This document shows positions 25,869 through 33,910 of a stretch of 46,852 nucleotides of DNA, one piece after another. Origin of the DNA: Chloroflexota bacterium (lineage in GTDB: Bacteria; Chloroflexota; Anaerolineae; Promineifilales; Promineifilaceae); the NCBI GenBank assembly GCA_024638855.1, contig JAHEJP010000001.1, positions 2,895 to 49,746 on the forward strand, read 5' to 3'. The notes beneath the pieces were generated by a model. That model worked only from the letters and a program-made list of their open reading frames with translations. It made no database searches and was not told the DNA's origin. A program made the position numbers and the translations under genes. Position 1 is the stretch's first letter. Every line of letters starts with the position of its first letter.

Positions 25869-27467
25869 ATGACAGCTCCACAATTAGAAACAGAGCCGGC
25901 CGGCAGTGATCGGGCGCGAATCGTCCAGGCGGCAACCATAGTCGGCGCGGCTTACATCATTAGCCGCTTGCTGGGATTGTTTCGCGATGTTGTCATCAAC
26001 TACCTCTACGGCATCTCCAGTTTAGAGGCAAACGCCTATTTCATCGCCAATCGTTTCCCGGAAACGATTTTCCTCATCATTGCTGGAGGAGCGCTTGGGT
26101 CGGCATTCATACCTGTCTTCTCAACCTACTTCGTCCGTGATGACGCGGCCGGTGGCTGGCGATTATTCTCAACCGTCCTCAACTTGATTGTGCTCGTAAT
26201 GACCGTGATTTCGGCTATCGCGATGATCCTGACACCGCAAATCATCACCACCTTTTATTCAGACCTGGTGGCCGATAATCCAGAATTGCTGGAGATGACG
26301 ATCGATCTGATGCGCGTGATGTTAATCACCCCAGTCATCTTCGGAGCCAGCGGTGTCATCATGAGCGCCTTGAACGCCCGGCAACATTTCCTGCTTCCTG
26401 CTCTTGCGCCGATCGTTTATAACCTGGGCATCATCGTCGGGGCAATCACCCTTGCTCCAAACGTCATGGGCCTGGCCATCGGCGCCGTAGTTGGAGCGAC
26501 CGGGCATCTGCTGATCCAACTACCCGGCCTGCGCATAAAACACGCTCATTATTCGCCGATCCTGTCAGTTCGTGATGCGGGCGTTCGCCAAGTCCTGCGG
26601 CTCATGGCGCCCAGGGTTTTGGGTTTATCTTTCGGGCAGCTCAATCATATCGTCATCCAATTTATGGCCCAGGCGATGGTCATCGGCAGCATACCAGCCA
26701 TTGGCTACGCCTGGCGGATCATGATGATGCCGCATGGAATTATCGGCCAGGCATTAGCCATCGCCGCCTTCCCAACCTTCGCTGATATGGCGGCCCGGAA
26801 GAAAATGGATGAGATGCGCCGCATCGTAGCCGATACCTTGCGCTTGATATTTTTCCTGAGTCTGCCGGCGGCTCTGATGATGATGCTCCTGCGTGTGCCG
26901 ATCGTGACCGTGCTATTCGAGCGCGGACAATTCAACTCAGAAGACACACAATTCGTGGCCTGGGCTCTGCTCTTTTATGCCCTGAGCTTGATCGGCCTAG
27001 CAGCCATCGAGATTATCTCCCGGGCTTTTTATGCCCTCGAAGATACGTGGACGCCGGTCATAGCCGGTTTTTTTCAATTGATCGGTATGTGGCTACTCGG
27101 TTTGTGGTTGGGAAAGAATATCTTCCCGGCCTTTGGTTGGTTAAGCTTAGGCGGGCTGGCGCTGGGCTTCACCATATCCAGTTTCTTTGAATTAGTTCTC
27201 TTGCTATGGCTATTGCGTAAGAAGATGGGCGGCATCAACGGCCGGCGGGTGTTTTCCGGCCTTTGGCGCATGGTCTTAGCCAGCCTTGTGATGAGTCTAA
27301 TCACTTGGCTAGTTCTTCACCAACTCTCCTCGGCGCCAGCTTTATGGCAATTGTTAGCCGCAAGCTTGGCTGGAGGCATCACTTACTTGCTGGCATCTAT
27401 GGTGCTGGGTGTGACCGAGTTGCGGCAGTTGTGGGATAGCCTCCGTCGCCGGGTGTGGAGTTCTTAG
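25869..27467 (+). CDS. murJ: Lipid II flippase MurJ (MviN)
   Basis: A 14-TM MOP-superfamily pattern. N-terminal ...IISRLLGLFRDVVINYLYG...NAYFIANRFPE... and later ...SRAFYALEDTWTP are typical of MurJ. Confidence 0.9.
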   Translation: MTAPQLETEPAGSDRARIVQAATIVGAAYIISRLLGLFRDVVINYLYGISSLEANAYFIANRFPETIFLIIAGGALGSAFIPVFSTYFVRDDAAGGWRLFSTVLNLIVLVMTVISAIAMILTPQIITTFYSDLVADNPELLEMTIDLMRVMLITPVIFGASGVIMSALNARQHFLLPALAPIVYNLGIIVGAITLAPNVMGLAIGAVVGATGHLLIQLPGLRIKHAHYSPILSVRDAGVRQVLRLMAPRVLGLSFGQLNHIVIQFMAQAMVIGSIPAIGYAWRIMMMPHGIIGQALAIAAFPTFADMAARKKMDEMRRIVADTLRLIFFLSLPAALMMMLLRVPIVTVLFERGQFNSEDTQFVAWALLFYALSLIGLAAIEIISRAFYALEDTWTPVIAGFFQLIGMWLLGLWLGKNIFPAFGWLSLGGLALGFTISSFFELVLLLWLLRKKMGGINGRRVFSGLWRMVLASLVMSLITWLVLHQLSSAPALWQLLAASLAGGITYLLASMVLGVTELRQLWDSLRRRVWSS

Positions 27468-27649
27468 TATAAGCCTAGATCGAGCTTTTCAGGCCAGACT
27501 AGACATGACCATCACCCGGCATGATTGCCACAAAACCTTCGCTGGTAACTGGAAAAAAGCTGAGCATGGTCAGAAGCTGATGGAGCAAACAACACCAATA
27601 ATCACTAGCCTAAATAATAGACCTGGGAATCTGCTCGACATGATCTATT

Positions 27650-27901
27650 TCAATTCACTTTTGGGCCGTCAGTACTCTGATATTCCTCTTCAATGTGGAC
27701 AGCTTTGTTCAAGGTTTCAATAAATTCATCTAGGGGCACACCGTGAACACGAGCCGCCCTTTCAACCGTAAGGGCCTTTGTGATCATCCGCCGCAAGGAA
27801 TAGCGGCCCACACGCTTAACCCCGAACGCCTCCATAACGTCGGCGATATCCCCATACTGCTGCAAAATGTTTGACACTCTGGTATCTTTTGTAATTTCCA
27901 T
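27650..27901 (-). CDS. DUF1858-domain small protein (hybrid-cluster-protein-associated type)
   Basis: N-terminal ITKDTRVSNILQQYGDIADVMEAFG...ITKALTVERAARVHGVPLDEFIETLN resembles DUF1858. AGGAGAA RBS 9 nt upstream. Confidence 0.6.
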   Translation of the reverse strand: MEITKDTRVSNILQQYGDIADVMEAFGVKRVGRYSLRRMITKALTVERAARVHGVPLDEFIETLNKAVHIEEEYQSTDGPKVN

Positions 27902-28023
27902 TATTTGAATTCTCCTGTTTCGGATTTTTTCTGGGAGTAATTCACTCCAGTTTCATAACAGATTAGCAGAAGATTATTGGGAAGTCGCCGACTTTTGTCG
28001 GAAAGCCAGAAGCGATAATCGAT

Positions 28024-28710
28024 CTAAGCGGCCAATTTCTCCAATTCAGCCCGGTTGACGATGAGGATTTGCTGGCGTTCGACTACGATTAAGTTATCGG
28101 CCTCCAACTTGCGTAAGGAGCGTTGTATAACGTCAGTCACAGTACCCAACCTGGCTGCGAGTTCATTTTGTGTATACCAGTCCGGCCGGAACAGTGTTTC
28201 TCCAACTGCCTCATCAAGGATCAGCCGGGCTAATCGGTTTATAACCGGACGCAGGGAAAGATCTTCAACCAGGGTGACGGAATGGCGTAGCCGTTCAGAC
28301 AACACATCTATTATCAATTGGGCGAACATCGCATCCTGCTGAATCAATTGTCTGATAGCGTCTCCCGGGATGTGCCATACTTGCGAGGGTATTAGAGCAA
28401 CTACTGATGCCGGATTAGGCAAAGTCGTAAAAGAGCCTACTTCATTAAACGTTTGGCCCGCAGTAATTAAATGCAGGATTTGCTCCCGACCTGCTGTTGA
28501 ATATTTCACCGCTTTCAAGGTACCTGATTGAAGCCAGTACAGCCCTTGAGAGGGCTCTCCTTCCCCAAAAACAGTCGCACCAGCTTGATAGTTGGTTGGC
28601 TTTGCTCGCTTCTCCAGAAACGCCAGTCCTTCCTCACCTAGCGGTCCGAAGATAGGGCTCTCCCGTAATCGCTCGATAAATGGTGCTAATGGATCCGCCA
28701 GCTTGGACAT
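28024..28710 (-). CDS. Crp/Fnr-family transcriptional regulator (cNMP-binding-like beta-barrel + C-terminal HTH)
   Basis: Effector domain: ...VFGEGEPSQGLYWLQSGTLKAVKYSTAGREQILHLITAGQTFNEVG... HTH: TQNELAARLGTVTDVIQRSLRKLEADNLI. The protein has no cysteines, so it is not an FNR-type Fe-S sensor. Confidence 0.9.
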   Translation of the reverse strand: MSKLADPLAPFIERLRESPIFGPLGEEGLAFLEKRAKPTNYQAGATVFGEGEPSQGLYWLQSGTLKAVKYSTAGREQILHLITAGQTFNEVGSFTTLPNPASVVALIPSQVWHIPGDAIRQLIQQDAMFAQLIIDVLSERLRHSVTLVEDLSLRPVINRLARLILDEAVGETLFRPDWYTQNELAARLGTVTDVIQRSLRKLEADNLIVVERQQILIVNRAELEKLAA

Positions 28711-28916
28711 CAGACAACATTATAAGTTGGGAACAAGGGCTGTGCTACTATTCTCCGACTTCCACTCCCTAGGCCGGCGCAAGCTTGACCTATTCAATGT
28801 TTGCTTCGATGCGCTGCCTGGTTGGAAACACCACGAGGTTTATTTCCAGCAAACAGCACGCTTGGACAATGACCACCTCTGAGGCGTCCGGGTAACTGAA
28901 GAGCGACGTGATTCTA

Positions 28917-28942
28917 CTAAAAACGACCTGGCGTTTGCCAGG
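28917..28942 (-). terminator. Possible intrinsic terminator downstream of 28974..29783
   Basis: On the minus strand, CCTGGC-AAAC-GCCAGG is followed by TCGTTTTTAG, starting 32 nt after the stop. The stem is only 6 bp. Confidence 0.4.
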
Positions 28943-28973
28943 CCTTTCAATACCCCCCCCAGGTATAAAACAG

Positions 28974-29783
28974 TTAGTTGCTAGCCGAGATGCTGTCGAT
29001 GATCATGAAATCGGATTGGGCCATTAGCTCCGTATTGACCCACACCTCTAGGCTATATTCGCCTAGTTGGAAGCCTTCGTCTGGCTTGAAATAAACGTAG
29101 CCCGGACCATCATCACCGTATTGCCAGACTTGATTGCCACCATCGACAACTGCGCCGTTGTGTTTCCAGACCCAGGACCAGGTCATGCCATCGGCCATTT
29201 CTCCGTAGTCGAAGGTAGCGTAAAGGGTATAGAAACCGTCTCCGAATCGTCGGCCGGGATCGACGGCTTCGTAATCGTCAGAAATATCGGCTGAGAATAG
29301 TATGTCCCCAATTTTGGTACTTTCTTTGAGATCAACTTTGGCCTCTAATTGGTTGTACTGCTCGGGAAGAGCTGGCTTAAGCAGAGGATCGGTTAGCGCC
29401 GTTTGGGCGAGACCTTGATTCGAGACCGGGGAAAGATCGATTTCTACCGATGCTGGGGATGCATCGGCAATGATCTCTGATTCTGCAACCGTGGCGGCTG
29501 TTTGAACAATCGGCTTGCTACGACTAAGAACGGCTAGATGGGGGTTAGTTACCGTGGGGGCTTGCCAACCGTAAATCGCGACGATTACGGCCAGCAGGAT
29601 CAGGCTAAGAGACACTAATAGATAGTGCTGCATTCTTTTTGCAGCTTGTACCCGCAAAAAGAAGTAGGGCGAGCGTTTGGCATCACGCCATGATTTGACC
29701 GTGACTGACATTGTCAAGCAGACAAGTAAAACCAGCCCACCCATAAGCCACGGTAAAATTGAGTTAGAAATTGTAGGTATCAA
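28974..29783 (-). CDS. Hypothetical membrane-anchored protein (2 N-terminal TM helices + extracytoplasmic beta-rich C-terminal domain)
   Basis: TM helices: ILPWLMGGLVLLVCLTMSV and YLLVSLSLILLAVIVAIYGW. The C-terminus (...YTLYATFDYGEMADGMTWSWVWKHNG...GEYSLEVWV) recalls the beta-sandwich repeats of the GT39 tail. I recognise no functional motif. Confidence 0.6.
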   Translation of the reverse strand: MIPTISNSILPWLMGGLVLLVCLTMSVTVKSWRDAKRSPYFFLRVQAAKRMQHYLLVSLSLILLAVIVAIYGWQAPTVTNPHLAVLSRSKPIVQTAATVAESEIIADASPASVEIDLSPVSNQGLAQTALTDPLLKPALPEQYNQLEAKVDLKESTKIGDILFSADISDDYEAVDPGRRFGDGFYTLYATFDYGEMADGMTWSWVWKHNGAVVDGGNQVWQYGDDGPGYVYFKPDEGFQLGEYSLEVWVNTELMAQSDFMIIDSISASN

Positions 29784-30152
29784 AACGAGCTTAATTCCTC
29801 TTCCCTTAGGTCTTAGCCGTGTGAAAATTATAACAAACGGAAATTCAATTGCAAGCCAGCACCAAATTCGGTCACTAAAGTGCCCCCAAATTGCCCCCTG
29901 TTTAGTGGGTAGTTGGCGTCTTCACCAGTGCAGATCTACAATTAAATCATATTATGTTCAGAGGTGATACCATGCAGTAAGCTCACCCTGTTGGGTTAAT
30001 CAATGACTCATTTTTCCACGAAAAGCTCACCATCGTTTGCGATATTTATTTTATGTAAACAGGGTTTCAAGATACGGGACCCCTACCTCTCAATGACTTT
30101 CTGCAAGATTTATACTGTTTTCACAACATTCAGCTACCGTATGGAGTAATCT

Positions 30153-30479
30153 GTGTTTAAATTCGTAACGATATATCGTCGGGTCGACGATGAAGCTGCG
30201 CTTGAATCATTCTTTTCTGAAACTCACTTACCATTGGCGGAGCAATTACCCGGTCTTCTAAAAAGTGAGGTGAGCCGGGTGATGGGCAAACCTGGCGGGG
30301 AATCCCGGTTTCATTTGATGTATGAGTTATACTTCGAATCGCCGCAGGTTTTTTTCCAATGTTTGGCAACAGAGGCCGGCAGGCAACTGATGGCCGAGCT
30401 CAAGGAATGGGGTGATGCCAAACTGATCACCTGGTTCTATAGCGATTCATTTGAGGAAAAGATGGCTGATAGGCCTTAG
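30153..30479 (+). CDS. EthD-family (TIGR02118-like) small protein
   Basis: GTG start 7 nt after GGAG. FKFVTIYRRVDDEAALESFFSETHLPLAEQLPGL...YELYFES...matches the ~100-aa EthD-like pattern. Confidence 0.65.
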   Translation: MFKFVTIYRRVDDEAALESFFSETHLPLAEQLPGLLKSEVSRVMGKPGGESRFHLMYELYFESPQVFFQCLATEAGRQLMAELKEWGDAKLITWFYSDSFEEKMADRP

Positions 30480-30622
30480 CCTCTTACCTTGATTTAGGTT
30501 TAGCCACTGGGTGTCCGATGATCACCGGACGCGATCCAAACATTTCTTTTAAGAGAAGACGCCAACCCCTTACTTTCGAGTATAATTTGAACGTTATGGT
30601 TTCCTAGCATTAATAAAAAAAC

Positions 30623-30724
30623 TGTGACGGAAGAAAGCCTGAGTTGTTGATTTGGTTAAGAACATGGTCATTTGGCTTTCTTCAAGAGAAAAGTTCCCTT
30701 GTAACTCATATTCGTATAAAACAA
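30623..30724 (+). repeat. Copy A of a conserved ~100-nt upstream (5'-leader/promoter-region) element
   Basis: Collinear with 44662..44754. It shares TGTGA, the 25-nt core GAAAGCCnnAGTTGTTGATTTGGTT (23/25 identical), and a second block TTCA.GAGAA.AGTTCC...ACTCAT..CGT..AAAACAA. Confidence 0.7.
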
Positions 30725-30791
30725 GGATCTTTTCTCCACAGATAGTTCTTGAATAGCCAGTAGCATCCATTCTGCCCAGGAGGATTTTGCC

Positions 30792-31745
30792 ATGCTCCCA
30801 TTTCGTCGTGCCATACGCTTAATCTTTTTGGTATTTGGCGTCTTTATCGGGATGGTTACCGTCATCGTCGCCTACCTGTCCCGGATGATGATTAGCCCGC
30901 CACGCCAGGCGCTTTGGGCGACACCGGCCGACTTAGGCATGGCTTTTGAAGAGGTCCAATTCCCAGCCCGTGATGGTATACGGTTGTCCGGCTGGTTTAT
31001 ACCGGCCGCAGGTCTTGATGCAGAGAAGAAGACGACCCTCATTCTCGTTCATGGCTGGCCATGGAATCGCTTAGGCACCACGGCCGAGACGTTGTTTACC
31101 GACTTACCGGGCAGTGCCCCCTTGCAGTTACTCCATCTGAGCCAAGCTCTAAATCGTTTGGGCTTCAATATATTGATGTTTGACCTGCGCAACCATGGAC
31201 AAAGCGCCTCATCTATTCCGGTAACTTTTGGCCTTCGAGAATCGAATGACTTACTAGGCGCCCTCGACCATTTAGAAGAAAGGCAAGATGTAGATAGCCA
31301 ACGGATTGGCGTGATCGGATTCTCAACCGGAGCCAATACATTATTATTTGCACTGCCCCGAACTGATCTGATTCGAGCGGCCATTGCCGTACAACCTACT
31401 AGCACCACCGTATTTTCTAGCCGCTATGCCACCTCTTTGTTGGGACCGTTCGGTAGGATACCCTTGGCCATCGCCTCTATGATTTATCAGGCGGTCGGCG
31501 GACTGCGGTTATCGGCCATCGAGCCCATTTTCGCTGCATCTGGTTCGAGCACGACACCGGTCCTTTACATTCAAGGAACTGGCGATCGCTGGGGCAGTGT
31601 TGAGAATGTCGCCGACATGGTGAGGGCCACGCCAAACGCATTAGAACCGATCTATGTTGAAACAGGCCATCGCTTCGACGGTTACCAATACGTCGTCGAC
31701 AACCCTGACCTGCTGCAAACATTTTTTGAAGAACAAATTGGTTGA
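30792..31745 (+). CDS. Membrane-anchored alpha/beta hydrolase (serine hydrolase)
   Basis: AGGAGG RBS. N-terminal TM helix. Oxyanion HGWPWN. Nucleophile elbow GFSTG. Candidate Asp in GTGDRW and His in TGHRF. Confidence 0.85.
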   Translation: MLPFRRAIRLIFLVFGVFIGMVTVIVAYLSRMMISPPRQALWATPADLGMAFEEVQFPARDGIRLSGWFIPAAGLDAEKKTTLILVHGWPWNRLGTTAETLFTDLPGSAPLQLLHLSQALNRLGFNILMFDLRNHGQSASSIPVTFGLRESNDLLGALDHLEERQDVDSQRIGVIGFSTGANTLLFALPRTDLIRAAIAVQPTSTTVFSSRYATSLLGPFGRIPLAIASMIYQAVGGLRLSAIEPIFAASGSSTTPVLYIQGTGDRWGSVENVADMVRATPNALEPIYVETGHRFDGYQYVVDNPDLLQTFFEEQIG

Positions 31746-31992
31746 GCAGAGAATCGTTCAGATAGAAAACCTTGCCCGTTCACATTAGAACTTAAACAAG
31801 TTTCTTGTCCACGGTTTCGCCATAGCCTATCATAATCATGAACCTTTGATTGGCAGATGAAACTATTGATGACAGTTAAGGGGGTCGGATCAGTCAATGA
31901 GCAGGTCCTTTTATTAGTCAGGCAATTTCGACCTGACCCTTTAGAGACAATAGCTACTCCGGACCCATCTATCTGCGACGTAGCGCCGAAAT

Positions 31993-33360
31993 ATGAAACG
32001 ATTTTTAGTTTCCAACAGAGATGACAACAACACCAGGCTGATCCTCGTAATCTTCCTAGCCATGATCCTCGGTCTAGTGGTGACAGTGGCAAAGCCAGTC
32101 TCCGCTCAAAATCAACATGTCCTGGTGGCCAAAATCGAGGGGCCTGTAACGCCAGCTATGGCTAGCTATTTTGACCGGATCATCCAGGAGGCGGAAAGCA
32201 GCAATGCTCAGGCCGCCTTGATTGTTTTGGATACGCCCGGTGGCGCAGTAGACGTTACGCTGGACATCGTCCAATCATTTCGTAACGCCAGCATACCGGT
32301 CATCATCTACATTGGCCCTGCCGGCGCCCAGGCAGCTTCGGCCGGGAGTGTGATCACGGCCGCTGCCCATGCAGCCGGCATGGCTCCGGAGACAGTCATC
32401 GGGGCCGCTTCGCCGGTTGACGGTTCAGGTGCAGATATCGAGGAGACATTATTCCAAAAGATCACGGAAGATTTGAAGGCTACCATGCGCAACTTAGTCG
32501 AACGACGAGGTGAAGATGCGGTAGTCCTGGCTGAATCCATGATAGATGAAGCGCGGGCGGTTACCTCTAAGGAAGCGTTAGAGGTGGGCTTGATCGATGC
32601 GGTCGCAGTAGATGTGGACGACTTGTTACAACAATTAGACGGGAAAGTCGTCGAAGTTGACGGGCAGCAAGTGACCCTTGAGACCGCAGGCGCGAGCCAG
32701 GAATCATTTTCACTGAACCCGATTGAACGAATACTTCATGCCCTATCCAATCCACTGCTCATTGGATTATTAATGACCATTGGCGTCCAGGCTATACTAA
32801 TAGAAATTTCCAACCCTGGTGGTTGGGCAGCGGGCTTCATCGGTGTTTTATGCCTGGGAATGGCTCTGTACGGTCTGGGCACCTTGCCGGCAAATTGGCT
32901 TGGTCTAGGCTTGATCGTCCTGGCTTTCATCCTATTTTTGTTAGAAGTCAAGACGCCAACGACCGGCATCCTAGCGGTCGCCGGTGCTATTACCTTCTTG
33001 GCTGGTCTGCTGGTTCTCTTTAATTCGCCAGGGACACCCGATTTTGCGCGAATCTCGCTCAGTGGCGCTATCGGAATTACGCTATTCACGACCGTCTTCT
33101 TTATCTTTCTGGTGACAAAAGCCGTACAGGCTCAACAGAAAATACCTATCACAGGCGCTGAAGGCATGGTCGGTATGACGGGATTGGTGCGGTACGACCT
33201 GGTTGCCAACGATAAAGTATCCGGCCTTTACCAAGGCACGGTTTTGGTGAATGGTGAACTCTGGACGGCTATGGCGGATGAGGAGATAACCACTGACGAA
33301 CAGGTAGTGGTCAAGGGTGTTGACGGGTTCACTATCCGTGTTAAAAGAATCAGCATCTAA
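31993..33360 (+). CDS. NfeD-family membrane-bound ClpP-class serine protease (long form)
   Basis: ClpP-like N-terminal domain (LDTPGGAVDV, GAQAASAGSVI), a central 4-5 TM block, and a C-terminal OB-fold-like NfeD domain (GTVLVNGELWTAMADEEI). Confidence 0.85.
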   Translation: MKRFLVSNRDDNNTRLILVIFLAMILGLVVTVAKPVSAQNQHVLVAKIEGPVTPAMASYFDRIIQEAESSNAQAALIVLDTPGGAVDVTLDIVQSFRNASIPVIIYIGPAGAQAASAGSVITAAAHAAGMAPETVIGAASPVDGSGADIEETLFQKITEDLKATMRNLVERRGEDAVVLAESMIDEARAVTSKEALEVGLIDAVAVDVDDLLQQLDGKVVEVDGQQVTLETAGASQESFSLNPIERILHALSNPLLIGLLMTIGVQAILIEISNPGGWAAGFIGVLCLGMALYGLGTLPANWLGLGLIVLAFILFLLEVKTPTTGILAVAGAITFLAGLLVLFNSPGTPDFARISLSGAIGITLFTTVFFIFLVTKAVQAQQKIPITGAEGMVGMTGLVRYDLVANDKVSGLYQGTVLVNGELWTAMADEEITTDEQVVVKGVDGFTIRVKRISI

Positions 33361-33379
33361 CAATTTGCGCAGCAAAATC

Positions 33380-33907
33380 ATGCGCTTCAAAATCCTACTT
33401 AACGAAGAAGAAAAAGAAATCGAAGTAATCCGCCAAGGTGATCGCTTGAGCATTAGCTACGATGGGCAAAATTTCGAGGCCCGAATCATTTACACCGACG
33501 GTCCACATTTTGTTCTGGAAGTCGAAGAGCGCGGGCCAGGCGATTTCATCTATCGAAAACGGATTCGTGCGGCGGGTTACCTTGATGGCGATAATCGGCA
33601 ACTATGGGCAAATGGACGATTGGTAAGTTACCGCCGGATCAGTGATGAGGTTCCTGCAATCAGCGATCCTCACTCCGCATCATTGTCGCCAACCATACCG
33701 GCCGTAGTATCCGAGGTTTTGGTCAAAGTTGATCAAGTGGTGAAAATCGGCCAGAAACTCGTTCTGTTAGAATCAATGAAGATGATCATTCCCATACATT
33801 CACCCTGTGATGGCGTTGTTACGGTTGTCAATTGCAGCCCAGGAGAAGCCGTACTGCCAGGGCAGCAATTGGTTGATATCGAAGAACAAAGTCCAGTAAA
33901 GGAATAA
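33380..33907 (+). CDS. Biotin/lipoyl-attachment domain protein (BCCP-like, ESMKM biotinylation motif)
   Basis: ATG at 33380. The C-terminal 70 aa (VSEVLVKVDQVVKIGQKLVLLESMKMIIPIHSPCDGVV) carry the canonical E-[AS]-M-K-M motif. No carboxylase or carboxyltransferase gene is nearby. Confidence 0.75.
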   Translation: MRFKILLNEEEKEIEVIRQGDRLSISYDGQNFEARIIYTDGPHFVLEVEERGPGDFIYRKRIRAAGYLDGDNRQLWANGRLVSYRRISDEVPAISDPHSASLSPTIPAVVSEVLVKVDQVVKIGQKLVLLESMKMIIPIHSPCDGVVTVVNCSPGEAVLPGQQLVDIEEQSPVKE

Positions 33908-33910
33908 ATC

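Noticed and set aside
27505-27723. A 72-aa + strand ORF between murJ and the DUF1858 gene, and a weak hairpin + A-tract at 27545-27570 (a possible minus-strand terminator).
   Set aside because: The ORF overlaps the 3' end of the DUF1858 gene in antisense and has no RBS. The hairpin has only a 4-6-bp interrupted stem, which is too weak to report as a feature.
30647-30660. TTGAT-TTGG-TT(A/G)A in the conserved element core, considered as an FNR box (TTGAT-N4-ATCAA).
   Set aside because: The second half is TTAAG/TTGAA, not ATCAA. The sequence is a direct rather than an inverted arrangement.
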